Shown: one piece after another, positions 49,261-58,629 of the stretch
Numbering within the stretch: position 1 is the first letter of the stretch
Layout of the letters: the number at the start of each line of letters is the position of its first letter
NCBI GenBank assembly: GCA_963749155.1
Contig: CAVVLO010000002.1
Location: forward strand, 768,001 to 832,000
DNA from: an uncultured Armatimonadia bacterium
Lineage (GTDB): Bacteria; Armatimonadota; Zipacnadia; CAVVLO01
Length of the DNA stretch: 64,000 nucleotides
Direction: 5' to 3'
Position numbers and translations under genes: made by a program
The notes under the pieces: model-generated
Database searches by the model: none
What the model was told of the DNA's origin: nothing
Seen by the model: only the letters and a program-made list of their open reading frames with translations

Positions 49261-51607
49261 ATGGCTGACAATCCTTCCTCCCGAAAATTTAGTGAAAAAA
49301 TCGGACTGGCGCTTGGCGCGCAGGGCAAAGCAATTTGGGAGCCCTTACGTCCAGTGCTTGCAAATTACTGCCTGGCCCGGACCTCGGCCGAAGTTTTTTT
49401 CGAGGACGAGCTCGAACTGGAAACTGACCGTATCTTCTGTTGCGTACCTGAGGAATATAAGGTTCTGCGCGCCGAGTCGCCTGTAAGCTCACTGCCCGAG
49501 CCGCCGGCTCCAGGTGAGTATCTCCTCTGGGCTGATAATTTGCCCGAAGGCTTTATGGGACTCCTGTGCGCAAGCGAAGTGGTCGGCGCCCGCACCGCCC
49601 TGGCCCGGTTTGCCGATTCGCTCATATTCCCAGGCAGTCTGACCCAGCACTATATCCGGGTTCCCGACCAGGAAGTCCGCGGCCTTTCGCGCCCGCTTGT
49701 TTTTATTGTTGACTGGCTCGACACTCATGAAGCTTTCACGGGCTGGACGAAGGAAGACTGGCGGCTTTTCCTTTATACGAAGCTGCAGGAAGGCGCGGAT
49801 GAGCTTATCCTCAAACCTTTCAATCTTTCTGAATGGGACACTGGCGCCCCGCTACTCGGACTCGAGCCGACTTCAACCAGTGAGCGCGTCCAGTGGAAGT
49901 CTCACGCGCAAAAACTTGATGACCTGTTCGAACTTGCTGGCGAACTTGCCCTGCCACTTGGCTTCCGCATTGACCCGCAACTTGCCTTCCCACTTGCCCT
50001 GCCGCCTTCGATGGCCCGCTCTCGGGCCGATGTCGCTTGCCTTGCGAATCCCGCGGAGCACAAAGCGGCTCTTGCCTCCTGGCAAGCCAGTCTGGTGAAG
50101 TGGGCTTCACTCTCTACGCTGCTTTTCGCGCCAGGGCTTGAACCTCATTGCCAGTGTCGAGACTGCGCCAGCAACTGGATACGGCTTGGACTGGAGCTTG
50201 CAAGCGAACTCATCGAAGCCTTTGGTGGTCTGCCAGGTGTTAGCCTGGCGCTTACCGTGGAAGGACTTGGCTGGGAGGAGCAAAACTACGTCTACAAGCT
50301 GATTATCGAGGGCCGGCTGGCCTGGTGCAAGCGCCTGCTAGTTCCCTACACCTGGGCAATGCCCCAGGATTTGCTGGAGCAGCTTGCCGAGAAAGTCGAA
50401 GTCATCACTTCGGTGGATACTACCGATCCGACCGGTCACCAGCTCGCAGCGCCGCCCTTGCTTGGAGAATACCTGGCTTCGATGCCGCCCAGCACCAGCG
50501 TGCCACGCCCGGAGGCCTGCGCCAGGCTGGAGGAGCATGTCAAACTGACAGGTCGCGTCGCACTGCGCTCCAGCCGGGTGGGCGAGCAGTTCAATCAATT
50601 TGCTCTCGGGCGGGCGCTCAAATGGGCTGAGCTTTCAACCAACGAGCTTGCCTCCTCCTTCTGCAATCTGCACCTGACCAAGTTCGACACGAACAGCTTC
50701 CGCGACAAAGTGATTGACGTCGAACGTGTTGCGGTTGGGCTTGTTCCTCCCAGCGGCCTGCACGAATCCGAAGCGGATTCGCTGAAGACTGACTTGCTGA
50801 AGACCTCCAGCGCCTATGAAGTTGTCAGTTGGCAGGGCTCCCTGCTGTTGTGGACGGTAGCGGGAGCCTTGAAAACCTCGGCAGGCCTTCACGAAATGCG
50901 GGAAGAACTTGCCACTCTGGCTCACACGCTTGCGACTGCCACTCTGCCCGAACAGGGCAGGACGCTGGATTCTGCTTATGATGAACTGCACAAACTGGCC
51001 CGCCGGAAATCCTTGCTTGGCTCGGAGCGGCTTAAGTCCTTGCTGCCTTTTGGCAGTATCAAGAAACTTAGTTTCGACCTTTTCGCGACCGAGCTTAACC
51101 GTGATTCGCTGGGCCTTGAGCAACTGGCAGAGGAAGCGCGCGCAATTGAATCAAAAGCCGGTAGCGCCGAGGCGATTACTCTACTTGTCAGCAGGTTGCG
51201 AGTTTATACCGGGATTGGCCCAGGAATTGTGCCCGGTGGGCTTGTAGGGGTCGCATCGGTTGAGGGAGGCACGCCCCTGCTGCTGCCCACACCAGGGGTA
51301 CCGGTCGCTGCGCCACTCTTCAACTGCACCGCAAGCGCCTGGGGCCAGCCAGTCCGGTGCCGGCTGACAAGTAACCAAAGGCCGCGCCTCCCACCTCGAA
51401 ATCGCCTTGCCCTGGGATGCCCGACAGCCTGCTCTGAAGCTCTCCGCCGATGGCGCGTTGCTTGCCGAGGTTCGCCTGGCGCCTGACAGGCCCATCTGGC
51501 GCCAGTTTGAAGTGACGCCTCAGTCCAGCGAACTGCTGATTGAGTTTGCCCCTGTTGAGGCAGTCTATTGCCCGTGTTTTTGTTCCATATCGCTGATCTC
51601 CAACTAA
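49261..51607 (+). CDS. large hypothetical protein, possibly a degenerate GH20-like TIM-barrel (frameshift near 51400)
   Basis: 741-aa ORF continued by 51407-51607; 'WTKEDWRLFL..KLQEGADELIL', 'CQCRDC'; no signal peptide. Confidence 0.5.
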
Positions 51608-51613
51608 CCAAAT

Positions 51614-52720
51614 ATGCCTGAGCAACTGTCACTATTTGATGAAGAGGAACCTCTGGGCTGGCCAGAATATCTCGGCCATCTGAAGCCCCTGCCTTTGCGC
51701 GGGCGTTCTCACTTGACACCAGAGCGACTTGCGGACAAGCTGGCTGGCTTGCTGCTAGGCTTTTGGCTGGGCTCTACCCTCGCCGAACCGGCCGTCGGGC
51801 TTTCCGCGCGCGAAGTGCGCAGGCGCTGGGGCGGGCCTGTGAGTGGCGAGCCCTCTGGGGAGAAAGCTCCCGCCGCGCTTGAGGCGTTGCTGGCCTGCTT
51901 CCTGGCCGGCTCGCGTTTCGGAACTGAACTGACCCTTGCTGAACTCGGAGTTGTCTGGCAGGAAGAATTGCCGGAGGATTTTCCCTGGAAGGCCGTGAAG
52001 CAACTGCGCGAAGGCCTGGCGCCCCCTGCCTCTGGCATTGGCACTGAAGCCGAGGGAGAACACGCACTTTCGGTACCTGTCGGCCTTTTTGCTGGCGCGC
52101 TCTTCCCAGGCCACCCTCAGGACGCTACTCAGACAGGACTGGAACTGGCCGGCCTGGTCGGCGCGGGCGCCTCTCGGCACCTGGCTGCCTGGCTGGCCGC
52201 AATGACTTCAATAGCCTTTGTCGAGTCTCATTATCGCTGGACCTTCGAGCTGGCTCTCTCCTGGGTGCCGGCGCCCATACGCCTGGGCAAGCTCTTGCGT
52301 CATTCGATGCGGCTGCACGATTCAGCCTACGCCCCAAGACAATCTTATGATGCGCTGGGAGAACTCTTCCGCCTGCCACCGGACCATAAAGGCCACGCCA
52401 AACCACCCTTTGAACACCAAAGCTGGCGTTCTGCCCTGGTCAATGCGGGAGTCATCAGCCTGGCACTGCTTTATGGAGAGGGCGAACTGGGCAAGTCGCT
52501 TGCCACGGCGACCGAAGGCGGGTGGGAAGCCTCTCTCAATACCGGAGCCACTGGCGCCTTGCTCGGGACCAGCCTGGGCGCGAAGAAACTACTCAAGGAT
52601 CTGCTGGGAGTCGCCTCGACAGGCCTGCCCACAGGGCTTGCGAGTGCCCCGGTGCTCAACCTCGAACTGGTCACGACTCTCTCGCGCGCAGTAGCCGACC
52701 GCTGTCTGCCCCCCAAATAG
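51614..52720 (+). CDS. ADP-ribosylglycohydrolase-fold protein with degenerate Mg-binding motifs
   Basis: 'LAGLLLGFWLGSTLAEP', 'ALLYGEGELGKSL', 'GGWEASLNTGATGALLG' match the ARH pattern but without the GDA/TDD/DTD acids. Confidence 0.65.
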   Translation: MPEQLSLFDEEEPLGWPEYLGHLKPLPLRGRSHLTPERLADKLAGLLLGFWLGSTLAEPAVGLSAREVRRRWGGPVSGEPSGEKAPAALEALLACFLAGSRFGTELTLAELGVVWQEELPEDFPWKAVKQLREGLAPPASGIGTEAEGEHALSVPVGLFAGALFPGHPQDATQTGLELAGLVGAGASRHLAAWLAAMTSIAFVESHYRWTFELALSWVPAPIRLGKLLRHSMRLHDSAYAPRQSYDALGELFRLPPDHKGHAKPPFEHQSWRSALVNAGVISLALLYGEGELGKSLATATEGGWEASLNTGATGALLGTSLGAKKLLKDLLGVASTGLPTGLASAPVLNLELVTTLSRAVADRCLPPK

Positions 52721-52746
52721 AAAGGACGCGCCCGAAGGCGCGCCCT
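52721..52746 (-). terminator. intrinsic terminator after aspS
   Basis: GGGCGCGCC-TTCG-GGCGCGTCC-TTT on the minus strand. Confidence 0.7.
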
Positions 52747-52775
52747 CAATTTGTTCTATTCGCCGGTACCCGTTA

Positions 52776-54562
52776 CTAGTCTTCAGGTGGCAGTACGATT
52801 TCGATTGCCAGGTCGTCAAGCAGCTGCTGTTCGACCTCGGAAGGCGCCCCGGTAAGCGGGCAGGTGCCCTTCTGCGTCTTCGGGAAGGCAATAACCTCGC
52901 GGATGGATTCCTCGCCCAGCATCAGTGCGACTATCCGGTCGATGCCGGGAGCGATTCCTCCATGCGGCGGCGCGCCGTGTTCGAAGGCCGAAAGCAGGAA
53001 GCCGAACCGATAATCTGCCTCTTCCTTCGTCAGTCCGATGATCTCGAAGACCTGCTCCTGCAGCTCCCGGCTGTGGATACGCAAACTGCCCGAGGCCAGC
53101 TCCACCCCGTTAAAAACCATATCGTAGAGGCTGCCTTTCACCTGAAGCGGGTCGGTTGCCAGCAGGGGGAGGTCGTCCTTCTGCGGCATCGAGAAGGGAT
53201 GATGCATCGCATCCAGTTTCTGCTCTTCCTCTTTCCACTCAAAGAGGGGGAAATCCACCACGAACAGCGGCGCGTAGACGCCTTCAGGGATAAGCCCCTT
53301 GCGCCGGGCCAGTTGCAGCCTCAGGCGGCCGAGGACGTCAGCCACGAGGGCAGGCTTGTCCGCGACGAAGAACAACACATCGCCAGTCTGTCCTTCCAGC
53401 CTCTGGATGAAAGCGTTCAACTGGTCTTCAGTGAAGAATTTGGCAATCGGCGATTTGATGCCCTCGGCGCCCAGTACGATATAGGCCAGGCCCTTCGCCC
53501 CAAGCTGCTGCGCGTCCCGGGTCAGGTCGTCCAGTTCCTTGCGCGACAGGTCGGCGCAGCCAATACCCCGGATGCCCTTCACCTGCCCCCCGACTCGATG
53601 GTCGCGCGGAACACCGTGAACTCGCTGCCCGCCGCCAGGTCCGAGACGTCGGTTAGTTCCATCCCAAACCTGGTGTCAGGCTTGTCCGAGCCGAACCGCT
53701 CCATCGCCTCGGCATAGGTCATCCGCGGGAAGGGGAAGGGCAACTCGACGTCGATGGTCTGCTTGAAGGCGAAACACATCATCCCCTCGGCCAGCTTCAG
53801 CACGTCTTCCTGGTCGCAGAAGGCCATCTCGATATCTATCTGGGTATGCTCCGGCTGCCTGTCGGCGCGCAGATCCTCGTCCCGGCAGCACCGCGCGATC
53901 TGATAATACTTGTCGATGCCGCTCGCCATCAGCGTCTGCTTCATAAGCTGGGGCGACTGGGGCAGCGCGTAGAACTTGCCCAGGTTGGTCCGCGAGGGCA
54001 CGAGGTAGTCGCGCGCGCCTTCAGGGGTGCGCTTCAGCAAAAGGGGTGTCTCGACCTCGCAGAAGCCTTGCCCGTTGAGGTATTCGCGCACCGAGGAGAT
54101 AAACTTGTGCCGCGTGCGCAGGTTGCGCTGCATCCTCGGCCGGCGCAGGTCGATATAGCGATACCGCAAGCGGATATTCTCATCCACCTCGGCTTCATCT
54201 TCGACCGGGAAGGGCGGCGTCTTGGCGGTATTCAGTATCTCCATCTCGCTTGCGCGCAGTTCGATCTCGCCGGTCGGCAGCTTGGGATTGACCGCCTCGG
54301 GCGCCCTGGGCGCCAGTATCCCTTTTACCGCCAGCACGAACTCCGACCGCACGCGGTTCGCCAGCTCGAACAGGTCGGCGGTCTCCTCCTGGCTGAAAAC
54401 GACCTGCACCAGTCCGGTGTGGTCGCGCAAGTCGACGAACAGCAGCCCCCCGTGGTCTCTGACGCTATGCGCCCAGCCCATCAGGACGACTTCCTGCCCG
54501 ATGTTTTCCTTCCTGAGAACGCCGCAATGGTGAGTGCGGTTGCCAGTAGTGAACCTGCTCAT
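52776..54562 (-). CDS. aspS: aspartate--tRNA ligase (split by one missing base in the G run at 53586-53591)
   Basis: 'RTHHCG', 'RDHGGL.FVDLRD', '[13 protein letters not shown]', '[10 protein letters not shown]', '[12 protein letters not shown]', 'HHPF', '[13 protein letters not shown]'. Confidence 0.97.
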
Positions 54563-54563
54563 A

Positions 54564-55838
54564 TTACTTCTCCTTCCTGATACGGTCGGTTAGTTCGGAG
54601 GCCAGCTCGGAGCGCGTCACTTCAGCCTGCTCTCCGGTGGCGAGTTCCTTCAAAGTTACTACCCCGCGCGCCAGTTCATCCTCGCCGATTATAACGGCAT
54701 AACTTGCCCCGGCGTCGGCGGCCAGTTTGAGCTGTTTCTTCGGGCTGCGCGCCACCAGGTCGCTCTCGACGGCCAGCCCAGCTTTGCGCAGATCGCCCAT
54801 CAAGGCGGAGGCCGCCTGCACAGCCGCCTCGCCAAAACAGACGAGGTATACGTCAGGCTGAAGCTTCAACTCGGGCGCTTTACCTAGCGCCTCGAGTGCG
54901 AGCAAGGTGCGTTCTATCCCCAGCGCGAAGCCTACCGCAGGGGTCGCCGGCCCGCCGCACTGTTCCACAAGCCCATCGTAGCGCCCGCCGCCTGCGACCT
55001 GGTTCTGCGCGCCCAGATCCTTGCACCTGACCTCAAAAGCGGTCTTGGTGTAATAATCCAGCCCTCGCACCAGCCGCGGATTGATCTCATACTCCACTCC
55101 CAGCGAGTCCAGTCCCTGCTTCACGGCCTCGAAATGGGCCGCGCACTCCTCGCAGAGATGGTCCAAAGCCACGGGAGCGTCCTCTGCGGCGACCTGGCAT
55201 CCCGTTGATTTGCAGTCCAGGATGCGCAGAGGGTTCTTCTCGAACCGCTCGAGGCAAGTCTCGCAGAGCGCCTCGCGCCTCGCATCGAAATAACTGACCA
55301 GCGCTTCCCTGTAAGCCGGCCTGCAAGCCGGGCAACCGATGGAATTCACCACCAGCACCAGGTTCGTCAGCCCGAGGCCCTGGAAAAAGTCCACCGCCAG
55401 CGCGATGACCTCGATATCGGCGTTCGGCCCGGCCGCGCCCAGCAACTCGACGCCCGCCTGATGTGCCTCGCGCAGTCGCCCCGCCTGAGGTCGCTCGTAG
55501 CGGAAGATGGACGTGAAGTAGAACAGTTTCCACACATGCGCCTGACCGAAAAGTTTGTTCTCGACATAGGCGCGCACGACCGGCGCGGTCCCTTCGGGCC
55601 TCAGCGTGAAGCTGCGCCCGCCGCGATCCTCGAAGGTATACATCTCTTTGCCCACGATATCGGTCGTCTCGCCGACGCTGCGTTTGAACAGTTCGGTCTG
55701 CTCGAAAGTGGGCGTGCGTATCTCGCCAAAGTTGAAGCGCCGCGCCACCGAGCGGAACTGCTCCTCCAGCCAGTGCCACTGGGCGGCTACCTCGGGTAGC
55801 AGGTCTTCGGTTCCACGGGGTCGGTTGTAGCTGGCCAT
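54564..55838 (-). CDS. hisS: histidine--tRNA ligase
   Basis: 'PRGT.DLLP', 'LRPEGTA', '[10 protein letters not shown]', 'LVRGLDYY', 'GGGRYDGL'. Confidence 0.98.
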   Translation of the reverse strand: MASYNRPRGTEDLLPEVAAQWHWLEEQFRSVARRFNFGEIRTPTFEQTELFKRSVGETTDIVGKEMYTFEDRGGRSFTLRPEGTAPVVRAYVENKLFGQAHVWKLFYFTSIFRYERPQAGRLREAHQAGVELLGAAGPNADIEVIALAVDFFQGLGLTNLVLVVNSIGCPACRPAYREALVSYFDARREALCETCLERFEKNPLRILDCKSTGCQVAAEDAPVALDHLCEECAAHFEAVKQGLDSLGVEYEINPRLVRGLDYYTKTAFEVRCKDLGAQNQVAGGGRYDGLVEQCGGPATPAVGFALGIERTLLALEALGKAPELKLQPDVYLVCFGEAAVQAASALMGDLRKAGLAVESDLVARSPKKQLKLAADAGASYAVIIGEDELARGVVTLKELATGEQAEVTRSELASELTDRIRKEK

Positions 55839-55854
55839 AACACCACCCGGCGCC

Positions 55855-55884
55855 TTGACGCCGTCTTGGGGAGTCTCTTATAAT
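55855..55884 (+). promoter_or_regulatory. sigma70 promoter of tRNA-Ala(TGC)
   Basis: TTGACG-N18-TATAAT. Confidence 0.65.
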
Positions 55885-55911
55885 CTGCGCGTTGAAGCCG
55901 ATTGAGCCTGC

Positions 55912-55941
55912 ATTATAAAGACAGGCGCCAGTCGGGGTCAA
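55912..55941 (-). promoter_or_regulatory. sigma70 promoter of hisS-aspS
   Basis: TTGACC-N18-TATAAT on the minus strand. Confidence 0.65.
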
Positions 55942-55948
55942 CGAGTGT

Positions 55949-56024
55949 GGGGGTGTAGCTCAGTTGGGAGAGCATCTCGCTTGCACCGAGAAGGTCGTCG
56001 GTTCGATCCCGATCGCCTCCACCA
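55949..56024 (+). tRNA. tRNA-Ala(TGC)
   Basis: Cloverleaf GGGGGTG/CGCCTCC with G3:U70, anticodon arm TCTCG-CTTGCAC-CGAGA, TTCGATC T loop, CCA end. Confidence 0.97.
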
Positions 56025-56071
56025 CCTTCCAGCACCACTTATTCTGACCCGTATCCCTTTCTCCAGCCGCC

Positions 56072-56106
56072 AAAGCAAGCCCCGACCTCACGACGACGGC
56101 CGGGGC
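56072..56106 (-). terminator. hairpin terminator between the tRNA and the convergent gene
   Basis: GCCCCGGCC...GGTCGGGGC-TTGCTTT on the minus strand. Confidence 0.5.
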
Positions 56107-56127
56107 GAGAAATAAGGTGTTTCTTGT

Positions 56128-57060
56128 TTAGCTTCGCGACTTTCGTCGGCGGAACAGGAGCGCCAGTAGTCCAACCACAAGCAGTCCCGCCAGGCAAATA
56201 TAGATTAGGTCAGGCCTCTGCGCCCAGGCACCTACGGCAAGGGCTGCCCCAGACGCTGGGCCGGCAGATCCAGCCAGGTTGCTGCTGCTCACTATAGTGC
56301 CCGACTGAGCATCAACCCAGACCTCTGCAGGCCAGTACACTGTGTCATCCAACGTCTCATCGACAGGAAAGCTTAGACACCAGGCCAACACTCCATCCTC
56401 AGTGACTTGTAGTTCTGAGGCCGTGGGTTGCAAGCCTTCCAGGGCACTGAAGGCCGAGATGGCTGCGGTAGTTGCTTGCTCCGCGGTAACTGCGGGTGGC
56501 TGTGATGCGCTTTGGGCGGCCTCCCCGGCATAGAAGCGATAGGCGGTCACGCGGCCCGTGCTGGGAGATACCCAGATCTGGCAACCGCCCAGGAGCGTCT
56601 TCACCCCGTTGGGCAGCAGTCGCCAGTATGAGACGCGATGGTCGCCGATCTCAGAGTCCTCCTCTGACTCGACGGTCCACGACTGGGTGCTGTATCCATA
56701 ATGGTGGGCAGCCGCGTATTGGTCGGCTACGGTTTGCGCCTCCTCCAGCGAGCAGGCGCTGCCGGGCCGGTCATCGTAGTAGCATGCGAGCCTGACAACC
56801 ACTGAGCCTGCCTGTGTCAGTTTGTATACAGCAGTCACTTCGTTGGGGAGGACGGCACCAGCGCCCCTGGTTGCCCTAGTCGCGCCAGCCAAGCCATACT
56901 CGAGCTGGCTCTCTGGCCCTGACAACACGACCTCCAGCGAAGGACTGCTCTCGAAGTCGCGGACAGCTTCGATGGCCTCGGAGTCAGTAATCGCATGGGC
57001 TGCACACGCGCATGCAGCCATCAGACAGACAAAGCACACCAACCTAGTGCGCCAACTCAT
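56128..57060 (-). CDS. exported PepSY-like repeat protein with C-terminal membrane anchor
   Basis: AGGAGG RBS, signal peptide, 'PAVTAEQA...A', 'LAW', 'VWVDAQSGTIV', C-terminal TM helix + RRRK. Confidence 0.6.
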   Translation of the reverse strand: MSWRTRLVCFVCLMAACACAAHAITDSEAIEAVRDFESSPSLEVVLSGPESQLEYGLAGATRATRGAGAVLPNEVTAVYKLTQAGSVVVRLACYYDDRPGSACSLEEAQTVADQYAAAHHYGYSTQSWTVESEEDSEIGDHRVSYWRLLPNGVKTLLGGCQIWVSPSTGRVTAYRFYAGEAAQSASQPPAVTAEQATTAAISAFSALEGLQPTASELQVTEDGVLAWCLSFPVDETLDDTVYWPAEVWVDAQSGTIVSSSNLAGSAGPASGAALAVGAWAQRPDLIYICLAGLLVVGLLALLFRRRKSRS

Positions 57061-57351
57061 GTCGCGCCTCCTTCAGTACCAGGACTAAAGACCGGTTTCC
57101 CTGATGATGGAGATAGCACACGGGAGCCATCTCCTTCGCAGTGGAAGCGGGTTTCATGCCGCCCCATGAAGGTCAGGACTTGCCTGTGGATCGCACCGAG
57201 TTTCTTCGGACGGGTGGAGTTTGGTGCATATGCTCTCCGCAACTGCCGCGATAACAAGCGCAGGTATATAATTTCCTCACGCATTAACGCCTCACCTATA
57301 GCCCCGACCTCATGAGGACGGACCGGGGCGAGAAGGGACTCGCCCACTCTG

Positions 57352-58470
57352 TCAGTGCTTGTTTATATCGAGCACGATGCTTACGGCTTTCGTCTTCGCA
57401 TCCACGACTTCCAACACCGTGTCCGTCACGACTAAAAAGCGCCCCTCGGTGCTCAGAGCCCCCGCAAAGTAGCAGTTGCCCTCCAATGCCTTGGGTGCAT
57501 CGGTCGCGCTAAGGGTCGAAAGCGTCTTGGCAGCGACATCATAGACCCACATCCTCGCGCCTGTGCCGAGAAGATAGCCGTTCTCGCTCGACCAGACCAT
57601 TTGGTCGGGCCTGCAGGGTGCCTCGAACTGCTCTGTCGTGCCGGTCTGCCAGTTGTAAGTCTGGATGGTCACCAAGCCATCCGGGTGTGCGAGCGACGCA
57701 CGCGCGATCAGACCTCTGGCTGAAGCAAGCGCGTAACGGGCCCCGAACGGTGCCGCCGGAAACACTTGGCAAGTGTCTCCAGTGCCGAGGACTGTAACCA
57801 TCAGACTCACGTCATCCGAGGTCTCTAGTAGTGTGTAGGCGGGCCACTTCACCCAGTAGACCAAGTCAGCGGCCATCTCTTTGGGGCTGGGCCAAACTCC
57901 GACCAGCCCAGCGCTCACCGTGTTCGGGGTGAGCTGTCTCAGGTCTCTGCGTGACGGTGACCATAGGCAGATGCGCTTCGGCGAGTGTTCGCCCAGAACG
58001 TAATCGCCCTCCCCAAGTGGCTCGATGGAGTCGGGCAGGTCCGTGGAGGGCATCTCGATGTGATCTAGCACCAGGTCACTCTGACGCAGCCAGGAGTAGC
58101 CAGCTTCGGACGACAGACCAGGCGCGCCGTATACCATTATCTCCTTCCCGTTGCTGTTCCATGGGCCAAATCTCAGCGTGTACCATGGCGCTACCCAGCC
58201 CCTAAGAGGCCTCCAAGTGGCGGTGCTGATAAAGAGAATCCCGTGCTTCATCCCCGTCTGGCCACGCGTCTCAACGAACCCGACGGCAACCGTGTTACCG
58301 TCAGACGAGACCGAGCAGCGCTCCAGGTGCATAACGGGCCGGGTGACCGCGAGCCCAACCCACTCACGCAGCTTGGGTTGCAGCGCCAGGAGGGCAAGCG
58401 CCACTACAAGGAGCAGGATGATTGTGTATGACCTGCGTTTCCCTATGCCCGTAGCGGGAGAGCCTTGCAT
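57352..58470 (-). CDS. membrane-anchored beta-propeller (TolB/WD40-like) hypothetical protein
   Basis: N-terminal TM helix; 'SSDGNTVAV', 'WSPSRR', 'WSSENGYLL' propeller-like motifs. Confidence 0.55.
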   Translation of the reverse strand: MQGSPATGIGKRRSYTIILLLVVALALLALQPKLREWVGLAVTRPVMHLERCSVSSDGNTVAVGFVETRGQTGMKHGILFISTATWRPLRGWVAPWYTLRFGPWNSNGKEIMVYGAPGLSSEAGYSWLRQSDLVLDHIEMPSTDLPDSIEPLGEGDYVLGEHSPKRICLWSPSRRDLRQLTPNTVSAGLVGVWPSPKEMAADLVYWVKWPAYTLLETSDDVSLMVTVLGTGDTCQVFPAAPFGARYALASARGLIARASLAHPDGLVTIQTYNWQTGTTEQFEAPCRPDQMVWSSENGYLLGTGARMWVYDVAAKTLSTLSATDAPKALEGNCYFAGALSTEGRFLVVTDTVLEVVDAKTKAVSIVLDINKH

Positions 58471-58629
58471 TGCAACTTACCTTCCCTTAAGCGTGCCCCG
58501 GACTTAGTCAATTATACATCCAACTAGCTCTACCCCCAGCTCCAATCCAGCGAGCTGACGCCAGCAGGTAAACCTTGCTCTGTGGTGTATCTTCTCCTTG
58601 CTTGCTTATCGCCCTCCGGAGGTCGACAG

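Noticed and set aside
52776..54562. aspS as a pseudogene or programmed frameshift
   Set aside because: Essential gene with both halves intact; the break is in a homopolymer and matches the window-wide indel pattern
915..56024. Two tRNA-Ala genes sharing the 3' end TCGCCTCCACCA as attL/attR of a 55-kb island
   Set aside because: Both are complete tRNAs with different anticodons and their own promoters; the interval contains core genes (hisS, aspS) and no integrase
57057..57347. 96-aa ORF between the two surface-protein genes
   Set aside because: No clear RBS or recognisable motif; may be intergenic, so not listed as a feature
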